Source: Marsupella aquatica (Eukaryota; Plantae; Marchantiophyta). From it: a stretch of 64,000 nucleotides of DNA. Numbering within the stretch: the stretch's first letter is position 1; every line of letters begins with the position of its first letter. Position numbers and translations under genes: made by a program. Shown in pieces: positions 46,732 to 60,508 of this stretch. The notes beneath the pieces were generated by a model that searched no databases, was not told where the DNA came from, and saw nothing but the letters and a program-made list of their open reading frames with translations. The stretch covers positions 32,472,423 to 32,536,422 of the forward strand of contig OZ316891.1 of the NCBI GenBank assembly GCA_973895155.1, read 5' to 3'.

Positions 46732-49700
46732 AGAGGTAACCAAGGATCTGCCAATTGGTTCATATAAACTCTCAAGAATGAGCCATTCCAACAGCCCTAT
46801 TTGTAAGATAGTGCAGGTTGCTCATGTCTTGGAGAATGGATTGTATCAATAGGTTGCTCATGTCTTGGAGAATGGATTGTATCAATGGGGGAGTGACTTT
46901 CTGGGGTTTTCACTTCTTTTCTTCCAACCCATCAAGCTCGAATAAGTATAGTGTTGTTTTAATTGAGTTTAGTGAAATACTTTTAAATTTTTGTTGAAGA
47001 ATATTAGGTTATTTTAATTCAATTTTGAAAATTATAAAAATCATATTGTTTTTTAAAATCAAGTTTAGAAATATTCCAAAAATATTTCATTCAGTTAGGG
47101 GAAAAAATTTACTAAAACAAACTTTAAGTTTTAGGGTGTTTATTCTTCCAAAAGTTCTCGCGTGATATGGGAAACCCCTTGGATTGAGGCCCTCGAGGTG
47201 ACTTTCCCTAGTTGTCCAAGTTGTGACGATTCAGAATAAAAAACAGGCTACCTATTCTTCTTGCATGTGGCCGTGTGAAGCGCCAGTGGGTATAATTGCT
47301 GAAGTATCTCACCTGGATGACCATTGAGGACATATCCTTTGGCAACAACCTCTCATGCAGCACGACCAACTATGGTCACTTAGCTTCATCATTATTATCA
47401 GTAGGCTATTCCAGTACTAGTAAGAAAGTAAGATCGAGTTTAGCAGTTACCTCAGCATTTGGGTACCGTGCCATTGATGAATTTCATAGTCTCTCTTGTG
47501 GGCAAGTTGATGTAAGCTTGGCAGAATCTGGCCACCAACAGAGGTAGTGTCTGAATGGAATGAGAATTTACACAAGTTGAATGGGCAACAAGCTAGTACT
47601 CCTTGCTACCTTACATTTTAGCTTCATGGATGCCTTTCACTGGCTGCAACAAGCACTGAGGCTTTTTTGTAGTTTAAAATGCGATATGGCTAGATTTATT
47701 ATCCTCCCACAACCACACCGCCGACTAAACATAGCCTGACAATAGGTTTAGCACAACGTCAACTCAACCGGGAACTCAATGCAAAGTTGCAAAACAAGTT
47801 GACGCAAAGTCGCAACACAACATCAATGTGGCCAAGTTAAGTATGTCATCCAATGAGAAGTACTCAACGACCTCTAGTAGTGCATAAAGACTTAGTTAGT
47901 ACCTTACAAGGAACTTGGTTCCTTACTTTACGACATCCTACACGTCGTAAAAATGTTTTAAGGAATATGTATGTGGAGGCTCAACATACGACGTTGGAGA
48001 CATCGTTTTGGCCCGTGTTTTGGGGATCAAAGAGTCATATGTAGGACTTCATAATGGAAAGACCCGCGGATGACAAACCTATAAATTAAACATCTTGCAA
48101 GAGGGGGTGAAGAAAGGAGCCAAGGACAAAGTTAAGTACATACAATAATTATGTCAAAGTGGGATTGTTATTTACTACAAGCCCTATGCCCGTGCCTTGC
48201 ATGGTGCAAGGAGGGCAGGCTCATAGGGAGTCGGGCCGGGGTATTTATGGGGCAGCACATATGTGCCAGGGCGCACATTTATTCCATCAATGGTCAAGGA
48301 AAATAGTTAATTGAATCCAACTGCTGTGAATCTTTCCCGTCCAGGAGCTTTTTTGCCCAAGTATGCAACTCCCCTTTTTATAAGGCAAGATTCTAATTCC
48401 TTATAATGAATTTATATCCAATTCACCATATGAAATTTCATTAAATTAGTCTACTAAAATCTACTCAAGGAATATTTTTAATACATGGGTCTACAGCCAA
48501 ACTAGCCAGCTTTGGGGGATTATTTTTAAAAATTTTAAAAATATATTAATAAAAAATACAACAAGTTTAGGAATATTTTTTAATTTTATGTGGAAAGATA
48601 AGAAAACCAAACCTTTTATATGACTTCAAACTTTTTAAAAGTGGAAAACCCAAGTTTTTTGAGATTTTCATTTTTCTTATAGCCAACTTTTTACTCCATA
48701 TAAAAATCCAGACCCCTGCTTATTATACAAGAGTTGCATACCCGGGCTTTTTTGTATTGGTTCCCCATATGGGTTGAAGACCAAAGAAATTTAAGAAATA
48801 CGGAAAAGTCACAAGTTGTAAAATACTTGTTCGTAAATTTGTGGGTTTCCCCTCCGGCAGCCCTTTAAGTACCAGATGTTCCTCAAAGATTTTCCTGCTG
48901 CCATTGCGAGAGCGCAACCCCACATTGTGAAGGTAGATTCTCATGTCACTGGAAAGTCCCATGTCGCTTCCTGTGTGCTGCGGGTATCACCTACTGTAAT
49001 CAATTCCCTTCTCGACATCAGATTCATCACCCCGCTCGTCCATTTCCTTCCAAGGATCGAAAAGCGCCATTGACATTTAGCCAGAAGCTCCGGGAAGGGA
49101 CGCAGGCAGGACTAAAACCTTGAGTCCGTGTGCATGAAGGATCGGACAGGAAACGAGTCACCAGCCAATGTACTATAAATGGACCTCTAAACCTAAACCT
49201 CACTTCCTTCTCCCATCGCAAAATCGATCAGGCTATCTGTCTTCATTTGTCCCCTCCTTGGCTTTGGAAATGGCAGCAAAGTGTTTGAAGATGGGATCAC
49301 TCCGCTCAGCCTTGTTACTCGACGTGAGTAGATAGACCCAGAAAATGAAGATTCAATCGGTAGACTTGCACTAACCTCGATCTCTGTCTGGAACTGTGGT
49401 GTACCCTCCAGGAGAGCTTGGGGCGCTTGAAGGTTGCATTGTGGAGCGTCCAAGTATGAGAGGGTACAATCTCTACACTCACGCCTGTAACAAAACTACC
49501 GTACACTGACAGAGTGTACATATCCCACCTTTAAAACATGACCAGCGGAGTGTGGTCCATGCATGCCACGTGAAGAAGTACGACAGGTATAGTAGTGGAG
49601 GTGACCCACCATGCAATCCAACCATGGACAAGTGGTCAATACTGGTTGGACCCCTGGGCCCTCACTCCGAGTAAAAGAAGTGAACTCCCTGCGATCGGGA

Positions 49701-49939
49701 CTCCTTCCCTCTTACCCCTTGTTATTTCCATTTTTCTATAAAATGTTCCCTTGTTACCTGTAATAATCATAATTATTAGTTTCAAATGAATAAAATCCAC
49801 CCTTTTGAGGGTTCACACGTCCTCCCATATTACTTAACACTGAGGGCTTGATCAGGGGGTTGGACAGGCCTGGTAAGAGAAAATTCTGGATGACTGTTGT
49901 GATCATTCGCTCCCTTCCATTGAGAAGCGCAAATAGGAA

Positions 49940-51373
49940 CCATCAGGAGTGATCAGTACATTTACAGTAGTAGCGCACCACAAGGAAGGAAGAATTTGGA
50001 AGACTTTAATAAGGCCTCGCGGACATTGACAGCAATGCCAGTGAATCTTCCAGGAACGACGTTTAGCACAGGCATGAAGGTACGAAAACTGTCGGATGCT
50101 TGGCCAGCAGTTTGGACTTGGAATTGAATCCTGCCGGAGGCCAAGTTTGGACTTGAAGTTGAGATCTTGCCCGAGGCTCTTGAACACTGCTCGGCCAACT
50201 GAAGGCTAAGTCAGATACAGGTAGATAGATTTCAACAACGAAGACTTTGTCAAATCTGAAATCATTCCCGGAGTATTCGAAAGCGAGGTCGAGAATGATA
50301 ATTTTGGACGGGAACAAATCTGTGCATTTGTGTTCCTCAACACCTCATTTGATTGATTGGTTGTTGTCTTCATCAGGCACGGGCAAATTTGGTAGCATAC
50401 TTCCAAACTCTGATTGAGTCGACGAAGGGCCAGAAGACTTTCGAGGGCGTTTTCTTCGGAGCTCTACTGGCAGCTCGGGATGACCCTGAAGGGCTAGAAG
50501 AGCTGAAGCATCTCGATGATTTCACGCTTGCCGAGAACATGTTTTTTTTGATAAACTTCGCTGCTTCTGACACTACCACGACGACTCTTGTATGGATCCT
50601 TAAGTATCTGATTGACTATCCGGAGGTCTTTCGCCGTTGCCAGGTACGGAGCATGCTTTGCTTCTCTCGGTTTGAATCTGGCATGGCCGTTCGGATATCT
50701 AGAGGTCTGGAGCTTGAAATGGCAGTAGAATATTTGAACGTCATAAATGGTATTTTGTTGAAATATTATAGCACAATGTCGTTCTCAGCTTTTATCTCTT
50801 CTATTCTTCTCAGATCTTCTACAATATTCACTTGCCTGCTTACTCTAGGGGGGCATGGCCTGTGAACCCTTGTGGACTATAGCTAGCCCTCAAAGAAATG
50901 AGGAACCTAACTCAGGATACTCTTTACCAATGAGACCGCACAACATGTCTGTCTTAGTTTTGAATGACGAGCCTGAATGCTCATTCTTTGAATGGCAATA
51001 GAATGATAACAAAAATCAACTTGCATGATCCATTTTGATGTACCATACATTCGATTCTCAATTCTGCTCTCCATATGCATACATTTGGTGGGGCCCTAGA
51101 GTTAGGGTCTAGAGGTTTCACTCTAGAAGCCTAGACCCAACTCTAGCTTGACTTCTGTTTGCTAATTAGTAGTAATATGTGAAAAACCCTTGCAACTTAC
51201 CACCCAAGTATAAATTCCACGGTTTCAATTTTGACATTATTAAGTGTTCTTGGCTTGATTTCTTGTGCAGGCATGAGAGAGCCGAACCTGATAAGGGTAT
51301 AATGTATGAAACCCTTACCCCCAAGGTAAAAGGAGGATACCCAATCAAATTGAGTCCTAGGACACAGGTGTGA
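49940..51373 (+). pseudogene. Cytochrome P450 (CYP85-clan-like) remnant: exons ~49940-50079, 50377-50643, 51271-51373
   Basis: AMPVNLPGTTFSTGMK|ARANL junction, I-helix FAASDTTTTTLVWILKYL..PEV, terminal exon ...PKVKGGYPIKL. No ExxR, PERF or heme-Cys exons and no N-terminal exons seen. Confidence 0.8.
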
Positions 51374-52591
51374 TAGCGCAGAAGCCTGTTTTAGTTATGC
51401 ACACAGTTGGTATATTACCACATTTTGATGTGTGATTACCGACACGGAACTAAATGTACCCATGTTGAAGGCAAGTGTTACAAGCTAGACTTCCATATTA
51501 GTACATATTAAAATGATGATGTGATCAACTTGAGCTTTCAATGAAATAATTTGAGTTGCAGTTTATTACAATACATTTACCTTTTTTATGATGATGTCTT
51601 GGAGCCCGTCTTGGAGAAAGTGAAAAGTAAATGAACATCCATGTTGGACACAATGCTCTTGTGGACCACATGTTGATTGTCCATGGGAGTTTTGGGCTTA
51701 TAACTTGATGATTATAAGTCCTTAAATTGTTTTTAGTTTTGCACCTCCAAGGCAACTAGAGAAGGAGGAGCCCTGAAAAAACACAAGCTCACATACTTCA
51801 TACTAACACAATGAAAATTAGTTCTACTAGAATTTACCTCTCATCATTCCATGATGGATAACTCATTCAACCAAAATGGCCAAATTCAAACATTTTTTAG
51901 TTTTGAGGATGCGCTGGAGGAGTAGGTAAGCCACATTTCCATAAAAGTGACAGTGAATTTTATGAGCATCAAGTTATTACAATTAAACTCAATTTTTGGG
52001 AAATGTGGTCCATGGGGGTTTCAAAAGACCATCGTTGTGGTCCATGAGAGCATCATTTTCTGTCTTGGAATATTGTACTAATACTTATACTGGAGATTGG
52101 AATAACTGATATTGATCTACTTTGGAAGCTATTGAACTTCCACATGAAATTTTTTTGTCTCCAGCTTTACTAAGCATAGACAATGTCAATCTTTATCCAC
52201 ATCAGTATAGAAAAGTGAAAGGTTAGTGGATTACCAGAAAGTACCAACAGAATCACCTTGGACTTTTTATATAATTATTAAATTTGCAAAGACCCTACAG
52301 TCGGGGGGAACTCATAGCACCAGAATCGTAAAGAACAACAAAGGAAACTCCACCCTGCCAGGAGGGCAGAAGCAAAACAAGCCCAATTTCTAGGCAAGGG
52401 AAGGGGAAAACCAGCCCACTGAACCCCCCACCAACCTAACAAAGAACCAAAACTTACCACAAAAGAATGGTGCCAACGGCATAATTGTCGTCACCATGGC
52501 AGAACAAAACTCCAACACAGCACGACAACCCCTACAGCTTGTGTATAAAAGATAGAGGGAAAGGACATCCCACCAGGCCCGACAGAACCAC

Positions 52592-55500
52592 TGCCGCGCC
52601 CCTAACCCGGGCCTTAAATCCAGTTTAGTTCCATGGGGCACCTAATGGTACATTAAATAAAATGTGCATTCATGATTGAATCTCTTCGCAAAAGATTTTT
52701 TTATAACAAGTGAAGGGTGTTTTAAATCCCCAAATCTATTTGATTACAATAACATAGGTAAGTTTTATATAGGACTGAAAATTCTTTTTAGAACGAACAA
52801 GATACATTTTAATGTTCTTCCAAAATATAACAAGGGGTACCTGGGGGCCTTCAGTCACAGGTATGTCTCATTACATTTCCCTTAGTGAGGGCCCAGGGCC
52901 ACCAGTAGGGGTGAGGGTTCGGGCAAGGAGGTGTGTAGTGGCCTCGATTAGCCCTAAGTCAGGCTAAGGCAATATACTTACTGGTATAACACTTACGCAA
53001 CTCGTACTAATCATAGGTATATTTGTTTTCCACCGCTGGAATTCCCACAGTTAGTGACTTGGACTAACTCCCGGCTTGGGGCTTTCAAGCCATCGACGCG
53101 ACAGAACCTTGTGACATGCAATGGGTGGCAATCCCTACTATTAGTCGGCACCCGGTACGTCCCTTGAAATGGCGCCTTTGCGCAGACAAAGCATACACAC
53201 AACACCAGTTACTCGCGGAAACATTAGAGGGAAAGACTATATTTACTCAGCGAAGAATCGGTTTACATAGTTGACTCAACTTCTAAGGGGGTCAGCAGGC
53301 CCAACGGCAGTCGATGCCCAGTCTCTACGAGGCCCCGCCCCGCACTTTCCCAACAAGCTTGACTCTGGCTCTCACTCCTTAGTGCACTCTGACCCTGCTC
53401 AGGCCGGGACTCCCTGTGCCTCGCATTTTCTTATGCTGAAATAAGTAACTAAGCCTTCTCCCCCCTCCCATTGCGGAAGGGGAAGCCTAAATACTACGGT
53501 TGCGGAAAGGAACTAGAAGATACTACCTTCCGGGGTAATGTCTACTGACTAACTACCTTCTGACTAGCCGGCCGCACTCCTCTGACCGGTTGACCGTTGG
53601 CGGCAAGGGCGCTGACCGGGGTGGCAGCAGCTAAGTCTACTGACCACAATCTAGTCCGTTGATGGACTCTATCCTACGTCGACTGATCCTAACTGATCCT
53701 GTCCTATTTCTTCCTGTTGTGCCGCTAATCGGCGCCTAATGACAGCTATTTTGTTGTTAAGCCTAATCAAAAAGATGTTGCTGACTCAACTGCCCGGCGC
53801 GGTGCCTGCTCACACCCTCCGCTAACCACCCCTTATGTGCATGCTGTGGTCGGATCAGGGTTTGTCCCCCTGTTGGGGCGAGACCTCGAGCCGCCTTGAT
53901 CAGGGGTGGGCCCTGGTCTTCCCCATTGGAGGACGAGCAGGGTAACGTGGTCCTGCAAGGCCTTGTTGTCCCGCACCGCCTCCTCCGCCTTGTTTGCAGC
54001 TTCATCGGCCTCTGTCTGGAGCCGTGCTACCTCTAGGTTGAGCTGGTCGATGGAGTCACGATGGGTCTGGTCCTGCGCCAGCAATTTATCTCATTCGGTA
54101 GAGAGACTAGCCACCTGCTGAGCTGCTTGTAGGAATTGGTTGTTGAGGTCGGTCAGGCTGGTAACCCGAGCCGAGGATTCCGAGCACAACTGAAGCACGG
54201 TGTCATCCAGCTTCTTGAGATCCACTTGCGCCCCGCTCAACTCCTGGGTTAGTCCATCCCATTGTTTGACGGTGCAGACTAACTCCTCACGGCGGGTAGT
54301 GGCCTCCTCCTCGAGGTGTTCTACCAGCATTTGGAGGCGCCCGATCTCATTCCCCTTTGCCATGAGTTCTTCTTCCAAGCGGCTTACGATCCGTGGTTGG
54401 TGCTCTAACATGAAGAAGGCTGGTTGAAAGTACGCTGAGACTTGTTGTCCAATGTACGTCGCTAGCTCCCCTGATAGAGTCTGACTAAACTTCTAGACCA
54501 AGGCGTAGGCCATGCTCCCCAGGGCTACTTGGTAGTCCTCCATCCTCTCGGGCACCGGTGGTTCCTCAGGCGGGGTGGTGAGCTCCTCCGTAGTCTGCAC
54601 TAGGGAGGGGAAGGTTTCTTCAGGTGGTGGAGGGATAGGGGGTGGTTGTATTGCAGGTAGCGAAGGCTCAACAGAAGGGGGTGGCGGAATTTCACCAAGA
54701 GGGGGTGACGGAGTATTAGTTGGGGCCTCCGGCTTGGGGTTTGCCTGAGGCACGGTAGTCCGCTCGCTCGGGGATGCCTCCTGTGGAGTGGGGGTGACAT
54801 TAGTCGGGGCTGAGGTGGCCATATTCTTTCCTCTGGCCTCCCGCCGTGCCTTGTACCAAGCGAGGATGATGGCGATATAACTTCCCAAGTAAGTCTTTCC
54901 CCCAATAGCCATTCCTCCCTGAGCCCGCTTAAGCTCTCCCGAGAACCTACGGTAAAAGAATTGGGCCCAGTTCTGCCGTTTGTATTGTTCCACCTGTACG
55001 ATCGTGCAGAGGGAGATCTCGGATTGTGGCTCAATCATGTGTAGGGTAGTCCGTATGAAGTTAAGCCGTATGCGTATCTTCTTTTGTAAGCGGCTTTCTT
55101 GGGACAAGAGTACCAGTAAGTCTTGGAGAACTTAGCACCTACCTTGCCAAACAAGGTCCAGAATCCCAAGGCTGTAAGGGTCATACTAACCTTTGTAGTC
55201 TGGTTCGCCGAGTCCGCATTCCCGCCCGGCCGGTCCGCTTACTGGTGGAGGCCTTACTTGCCCTGACTAAATCTTGCCACAATCCGCTCTTATCCCTCGA
55301 TGATCTCCTCGTAAAGGTCAGCTTGATTTGAGCAAAAAGGCGAGAGAATGGTAGCGTCTGCAAATTTTGAAAGGTAGAAATGAGCAAATGGCCCGTAGCT
55401 CCATCAACTTTGCTCTTATGGAGGTGCCAGGGTGAGCTTGAGCGTGAGAGGGAAAGGCCATTCTCGAGGCTGTTTTGGTTGTTGATAATGAGCTGAAGTC

Positions 55501-55747
55501 GGTGTCTCGGTCCAAGCGTGATTCTCCTAACGGAGTTTTACTCCACCGCTGCCACCATACCGCAATCGAGCGTAATAATCCTCTACCTTAATTCGTAATC
55601 ATTTGATCAACTAACCTACCCCTAATCTATTCATAATGGCAAAGATGGCTATTCGTGCTATTCTACACTACGGCTACGGTCCTAATGACCATATAAGTCC
55701 TAATCTAGGACCTGCATTCGGTTAAGTGATACGTTGCCCGTGTCACA
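52592..55747 (-). mobile_element. Solo LTR, Gypsy family C (3,156 bp), carrying a decayed ORF
   Basis: TG...GTGTCACA ends flanked by the 5-bp direct repeat ACCAC (52587-52591, 55748-55752). The flanks share composition and read as one sequence once the insert is removed. Confidence 0.72.
53763..55515 (-). pseudogene. LTR-encoded ORF remnant (helical domain with NWAQFF, Pro-rich linker, coiled coil)
   Basis: ORF pieces 54493..55107, 54091..54411 and 53833..54084 are in the same frame and follow the family A LTR protein's domain order. Confidence 0.65.
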
Positions 55748-56389
55748 ACCACCAGGGCCCAGGCCAATCAGAATCTCCGGGAAAGAGAGCATTTATGCTA
55801 AGTAATCTAATCCTTAACCTGATCAATCCCTCACCTGAAAAGAGCCAAAAGCCAAGCCAAAAGCCATCAAACCAGGGAGACTCTGCCCAAACCGAGCAAC
55901 ACACCAACCCAAAAAGAATCCCAAAACCGATGAGCCCATAAACTCCAAGTTCCATGCGACAAAATTTTGGGAAATCCACCGACTTGATGGCCTTTGGACT
56001 CCTGCTCTAAAAGGCACTTTCGATACAGGTATCGGTGTTCACTTTGCTTCCAACGTTTGTGACTCTCTAGCGATTGATATCTGATGTGAAGAGCGATACC
56101 TGTATTGCAGTTGGCGCTCAATAAAATAAACACGAGTAGGTGTGTCGTGGGAATTGTAAGAAGTTTAATGCGGAGTTGTATGGGAGTAAAGGATTATTTA
56201 AGGAATAAAGGCTTGAGATTAAGGAGGGGGTCTGATAGAAAATTTATGCGGAACCTTGTGGATGATATGGCCAAGAGCAAATTTTTAGACATCAAGGCAC
56301 AATCTACCGACAGGTCCGAATCCAGTGAATCGGAGTGCTCAGATTAACTTGGATCTCTGTTGTTAATTTGGGTGTATTTTTTAGTGCAA

Positions 56390-58065
56390 CTATGCTAGCG
56401 CCGGGCGCTACCCAAATGTATGCCAGAAATACTGCACAATAAAAATATTATATGTCAGTTGTAACCATGGAGTGTCCGCTCGAAGTACACTTTCTATTAT
56501 AGTAGCGCCCTACTATAATTGTATAACGGTCATGATGCTGGTACATTGGTACTCCCGTACCTTTTGGATGACGTCAGTCAAATTTCCCGTTAATATTTTG
56601 TCTGGTCTGCCGCGATGGTCATGTGTGGTGAAAACGCCCGTTTCATGTTGAATCGGCCGTTTCCTTTTTAGACCATAACGGGAGTTTGAGGGTGCTACCA
56701 CCGTTTCCGGATGGAGCGGGCGGTTCAGGTCGCCACAAGGTTACACCCTAATCCCTATAAACTTTGAGTGATTATGTCCTGAATGCCCTGTATTGCATCA
56801 GTTCTCAGTGTGATCCGCCATTATCATCTTATAGTGCTTTCCACTTTTGATTGTGTTCGAGATCTTTTGCTGACCTGCCATGGATAATCCCCAGAGAATC
56901 TCTGCAGCCTACTTTCAAAGACACACTACGATCATTTTGGAAGAGAGTTGGTTTCCCGTGACTGAACAGCCCGAATGGTTGGAAACAAGTGCCTTCCGCA
57001 ACCGCTTCAACCTTCCGCAAGACAAAGCGATTAGTCCTGGTGAAACGCTGATCCCGTGGCTGAGAATTTCTTTGCCAAGGAGGTTTGCGAAAAGGTTTTC
57101 TGTTCACTGGCCACCTCCTCCCCATAGTCCAACTCGGGAGGATGAAATGAGGAAACAGGAAGAATTTGGCCGTGTAGATTTCCAGAACACCACCGTTCCT
57201 GGCGTGTTTCCCCGAAGCGGTGATGAGCAAAGTCCATCTGCCTCTTACATCAGGACCCGAGAGCATGGTTTCGTTCCTGATTCAGTCCAATCTATAGCTG
57301 GAATCGACGACGATTGTGGCTCATCTACGAATGAGTGGACTAGCGCCCGGCGCTAGTATGGTCACCTTCACAATGGACATTGCGTAGTTTGCAAAATGTG
57401 TTGATGAGTTCAGTTTAGGGTGTGTCTTGCATATGGCTACAGCTTATTTGATCTATCTCTTACAGATTATTTGATATATGTCTTAGCCATTTTTGTCATC
57501 GCTTGTCTGTAGATCTAACAAGTGACGCTAGTTTACCGTCTCGATAGTATCAAGCAATAGGCATAGGATGCGCGTTGCTTTTTGAATTTTGCGATCCTTT
57601 GGTTTACGGGGTGGACACCTCGGATCATTTTGAACTTTTGTAAGCGCCTGGCACTACCATATTAGTAAATTAATTTTCTATCACAAGACTTCGTGTATTG
57701 TGGATTGGCGTCGGATGTGCAAATTGGTTGGATTTGGTTTGTCGTTACCCGCCTCTGCCAAAGAGGTGTGAGGAGAATGCCATCCTTGGCATTGATGGTG
57801 AGAACGGTTTTACTCCCAACACAACCACATCTAAGGCTGGCATCGAGGACGACAACGGTTCTTCCACAACCGAAAGGACTAGCGCCTGCGCCAGGCGCTA
57901 GCGTGATCACTTGCCCGACCGAGACGCTGCACATTCTTCGATATCTTCTTGTACATGAGTTTTTGTTCTTTGGGACGGATTTGCTATTCGCTAACGGATA
58001 GCGGTCAAAATGGTTTTAAATGTACAGTTCCCATAAGCTTTTTAAACGAGCGCCTGGCGCTATTC
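56390..58065. repeat. Dispersed TAGCGCC-N-GGCGCTA palindromes (also at ~7613)
   Basis: Instances at ~56396, 57341, 57641 (degenerate), 57880 and 58048. Confidence 0.7.
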
Positions 58066-58255
58066 TTGACCATTTTTTGTGCATTTGACTCAAATCTTCT
58101 AAACGTCCTGTTTTGAATGTCAAGTTCTTTGTTCACACCTAAATAATTTTGGGCATTCTTTGCTGAAGTTTTCTATATTTGGTTTCCTGTTTCCTGTCAT
58201 CGTTTCCTGTTTTGGGTTTCTTATTTTCCTGTTTCCTGTCTTATGTAAATACCCC

Positions 58256-58506
58256 AACTCTAGGGTCAATCTTGAAATTAGGACATGTATCAGTATTTAT
58301 AAGAACATACCGTCATTATGGACTTCTCTCATAAATGACTAACTCCAGAGTCAATACTAAAACTAGGATATATCAGTGTTTACAACAACATACTGTCATT
58401 ATGGACTTGTTGCATAAATGACTAAATATAGGGTCAATCTAAAAATCACGATATATCAATGTTTACAATAACATATCGTCATTATGGACTTATTGCATAA
58501 ATGACT
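58256..58506. repeat. ~83-bp tandem repeat, 3 copies
   Basis: GTCATTATGGACTT...CATAAATGACT units start at 58256, 58341 and 58424. Confidence 0.88.
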
Positions 58507-58604
58507 ACTTATAGAGTCATTAAAGAACCCAAGAGATATGAAGATTAAAATACTCAATAGTTATTCTAGACACCGGTCATAATTGTAGAGTCATTGATAT
58601 AGTT

Positions 58605-60508
58605 GATAACCCTTCCACTAAATGCGGGACACAATACTCATCATTGTCCTCCCACTGGTTGCGGCATTAGCAATTTGAACACATGTCTTGCATTTACTTA
58701 AGGCATGATGCACCTAGCTTTGGGGAAATCACTCTCAAGTCATACACCTTTGGAGTGATTTGCCAGAAGTGTTACCATATATAGATGCATACTATCGTAT
58801 CCAAAGGCAAATGAAGCCTTTTTGTCTCTCCAAGAAGTAGGGCAATACCAATGGAAGGTTATCATCCTTTGTTGTAATTGTGTCATGTTTGTGCTGGTGT
58901 TTGGATGGGGAATATTTTAATTTGCAAATGAATAGTGATGGGGCATTCAAGGAGCTAGTGTAATCTTTATTGGGTCATTTCTAAAAAACTTTGCATCACA
59001 AATACCAATGACTACAAGTAGGGTCATTAAATTTGTCATATGGACTGTCATATAAGTCAAGTGACTGGACTTGTGGTCATTTGTGTGGTCCCTCATGCAG
59101 TCATTAAACACAAGCACTAATGACCAGTTTGGGGCTAGGGGCTGGAGGTGGGCCCTAGAGTGCAATGGGGCCCCACATAGAGGTGAGAACCCCTCCACTA
59201 GGTGCGGGACACTATACTCATCATTGTCCAACCACTATTTGCGACATAAGCACTTTGGACACATGTTTTTGCGTTTACTTAAGGCATGATGCACCTTTGG
59301 GGAAATCACTCCCAAGTCGTATGACTTTGGAGTGATTTGTCAAAAGTGTCACCATGCATGCATACCATCACATCCAAAGGCAAATAAAAGTCATTTTTTG
59401 GTTCTCCAAGAGGTAGTGCTGCACCAATGGAATGGGCAGGGGAGTTGTGCTTCTCAGTATGGTGTGGGTGCGGGTTTAGGGAAGAGGAATATTCCAACCT
59501 TGCAAGGAATCTAAAGTTGGCTCTCTTTGGAGATACTAGGGCCTTTATTGGGTCATATGTGAGCAATGGCCCGTCATAAATACCAATGACTAAAAGTAGG
59601 GTCATTAAAACTGTCATATGGAGAGTCATATCAGTCTAATGACTGGATTTGTGGTCATTTGAGGGTCCCTCATGCAGTCTTTATGGAAAAGCACAAATGA
59701 CCAGTTTGGGGCTAGGGGCTTGAGGTGGGCCCTAGAGTGCCATGGGGCCCCACTTTGAGGTGAGAACCCCTCCACTAGGTGCGGGACACTGTACTCATCA
59801 TTGTCCAACCATTAGTTGCGACATAAACACTTTGGACACATGTTTTTGCATTTACTTAAGGCATGATGCACCTTTGGGGAAATCACTCCCAAGTCGTACG
59901 ACTCTGGAGTGATTTGCCAAAAGTGTGTCCATGCATGCACACCATCACATCCAAAGGCAAATAAAAGTTGTTTTTTGGTTCTCCAAGAGGTAGTGTTGCA
60001 CCAATGGAATGGGGAGGGAAGTTGTGCTTCTCAGTATGGTGCGGGTGCGGGTTTAGGGAAGAGGAATATTCCAACCTTGCAAGGAATCTAAAGTTGGCTC
60101 TCTTTGGAGGTACTAGGGCCTTTATTGGGTCATATGTGAGCAATGGCCCGTCATAAATACCAATGACTAAAAGTAGGTTCATTAAAACTGTCAATGGAGA
60201 GTCATATCAGTCTAATGATTGGATTTGTGGTCATTTTATGGGTCCCTCATACAGTCTTTAAGGAAAAGCACAAATGACCAGTTTGGGGATAGGGGCTTGA
60301 GGTGGGCCCTAGAGTGCCATGGGGCCCCACATAGAGGTGAGAACCCCTCCAATGGGTGCGGGACACTATACTCATCATTGTCCAACCACTAGCTGCGACA
60401 TAAACACTTTGGACACATGTTTTTGCGTTTACTTAAAGCATGATGCACCTTTGGGGAAATCACTCTCAAGTCGTACAACTTTGGAGTGATTTGCCAAATT
60501 AAAGTGTG
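58605..60508. repeat. ~577-bp subtelomeric tandem satellite, ~3.3 copies
   Basis: AACCC.TCCA...TGCGGGACAC..TACTCATCATTGTCC at ~58608, 59188, 59765 and 60342. Confidence 0.93.

Noticed and set aside
48170-48735. Possible Helitron (hairpin CCGTGCCTTGCATGG near a CTAC end)
   Set aside because: The 3' end is not CTRR on the minus strand and no A|TC 5' junction was found.
48860-49460. Short minus-strand reading frames before the P450 remnant
   Set aside because: Interrupted by stops, with no recognisable motif.
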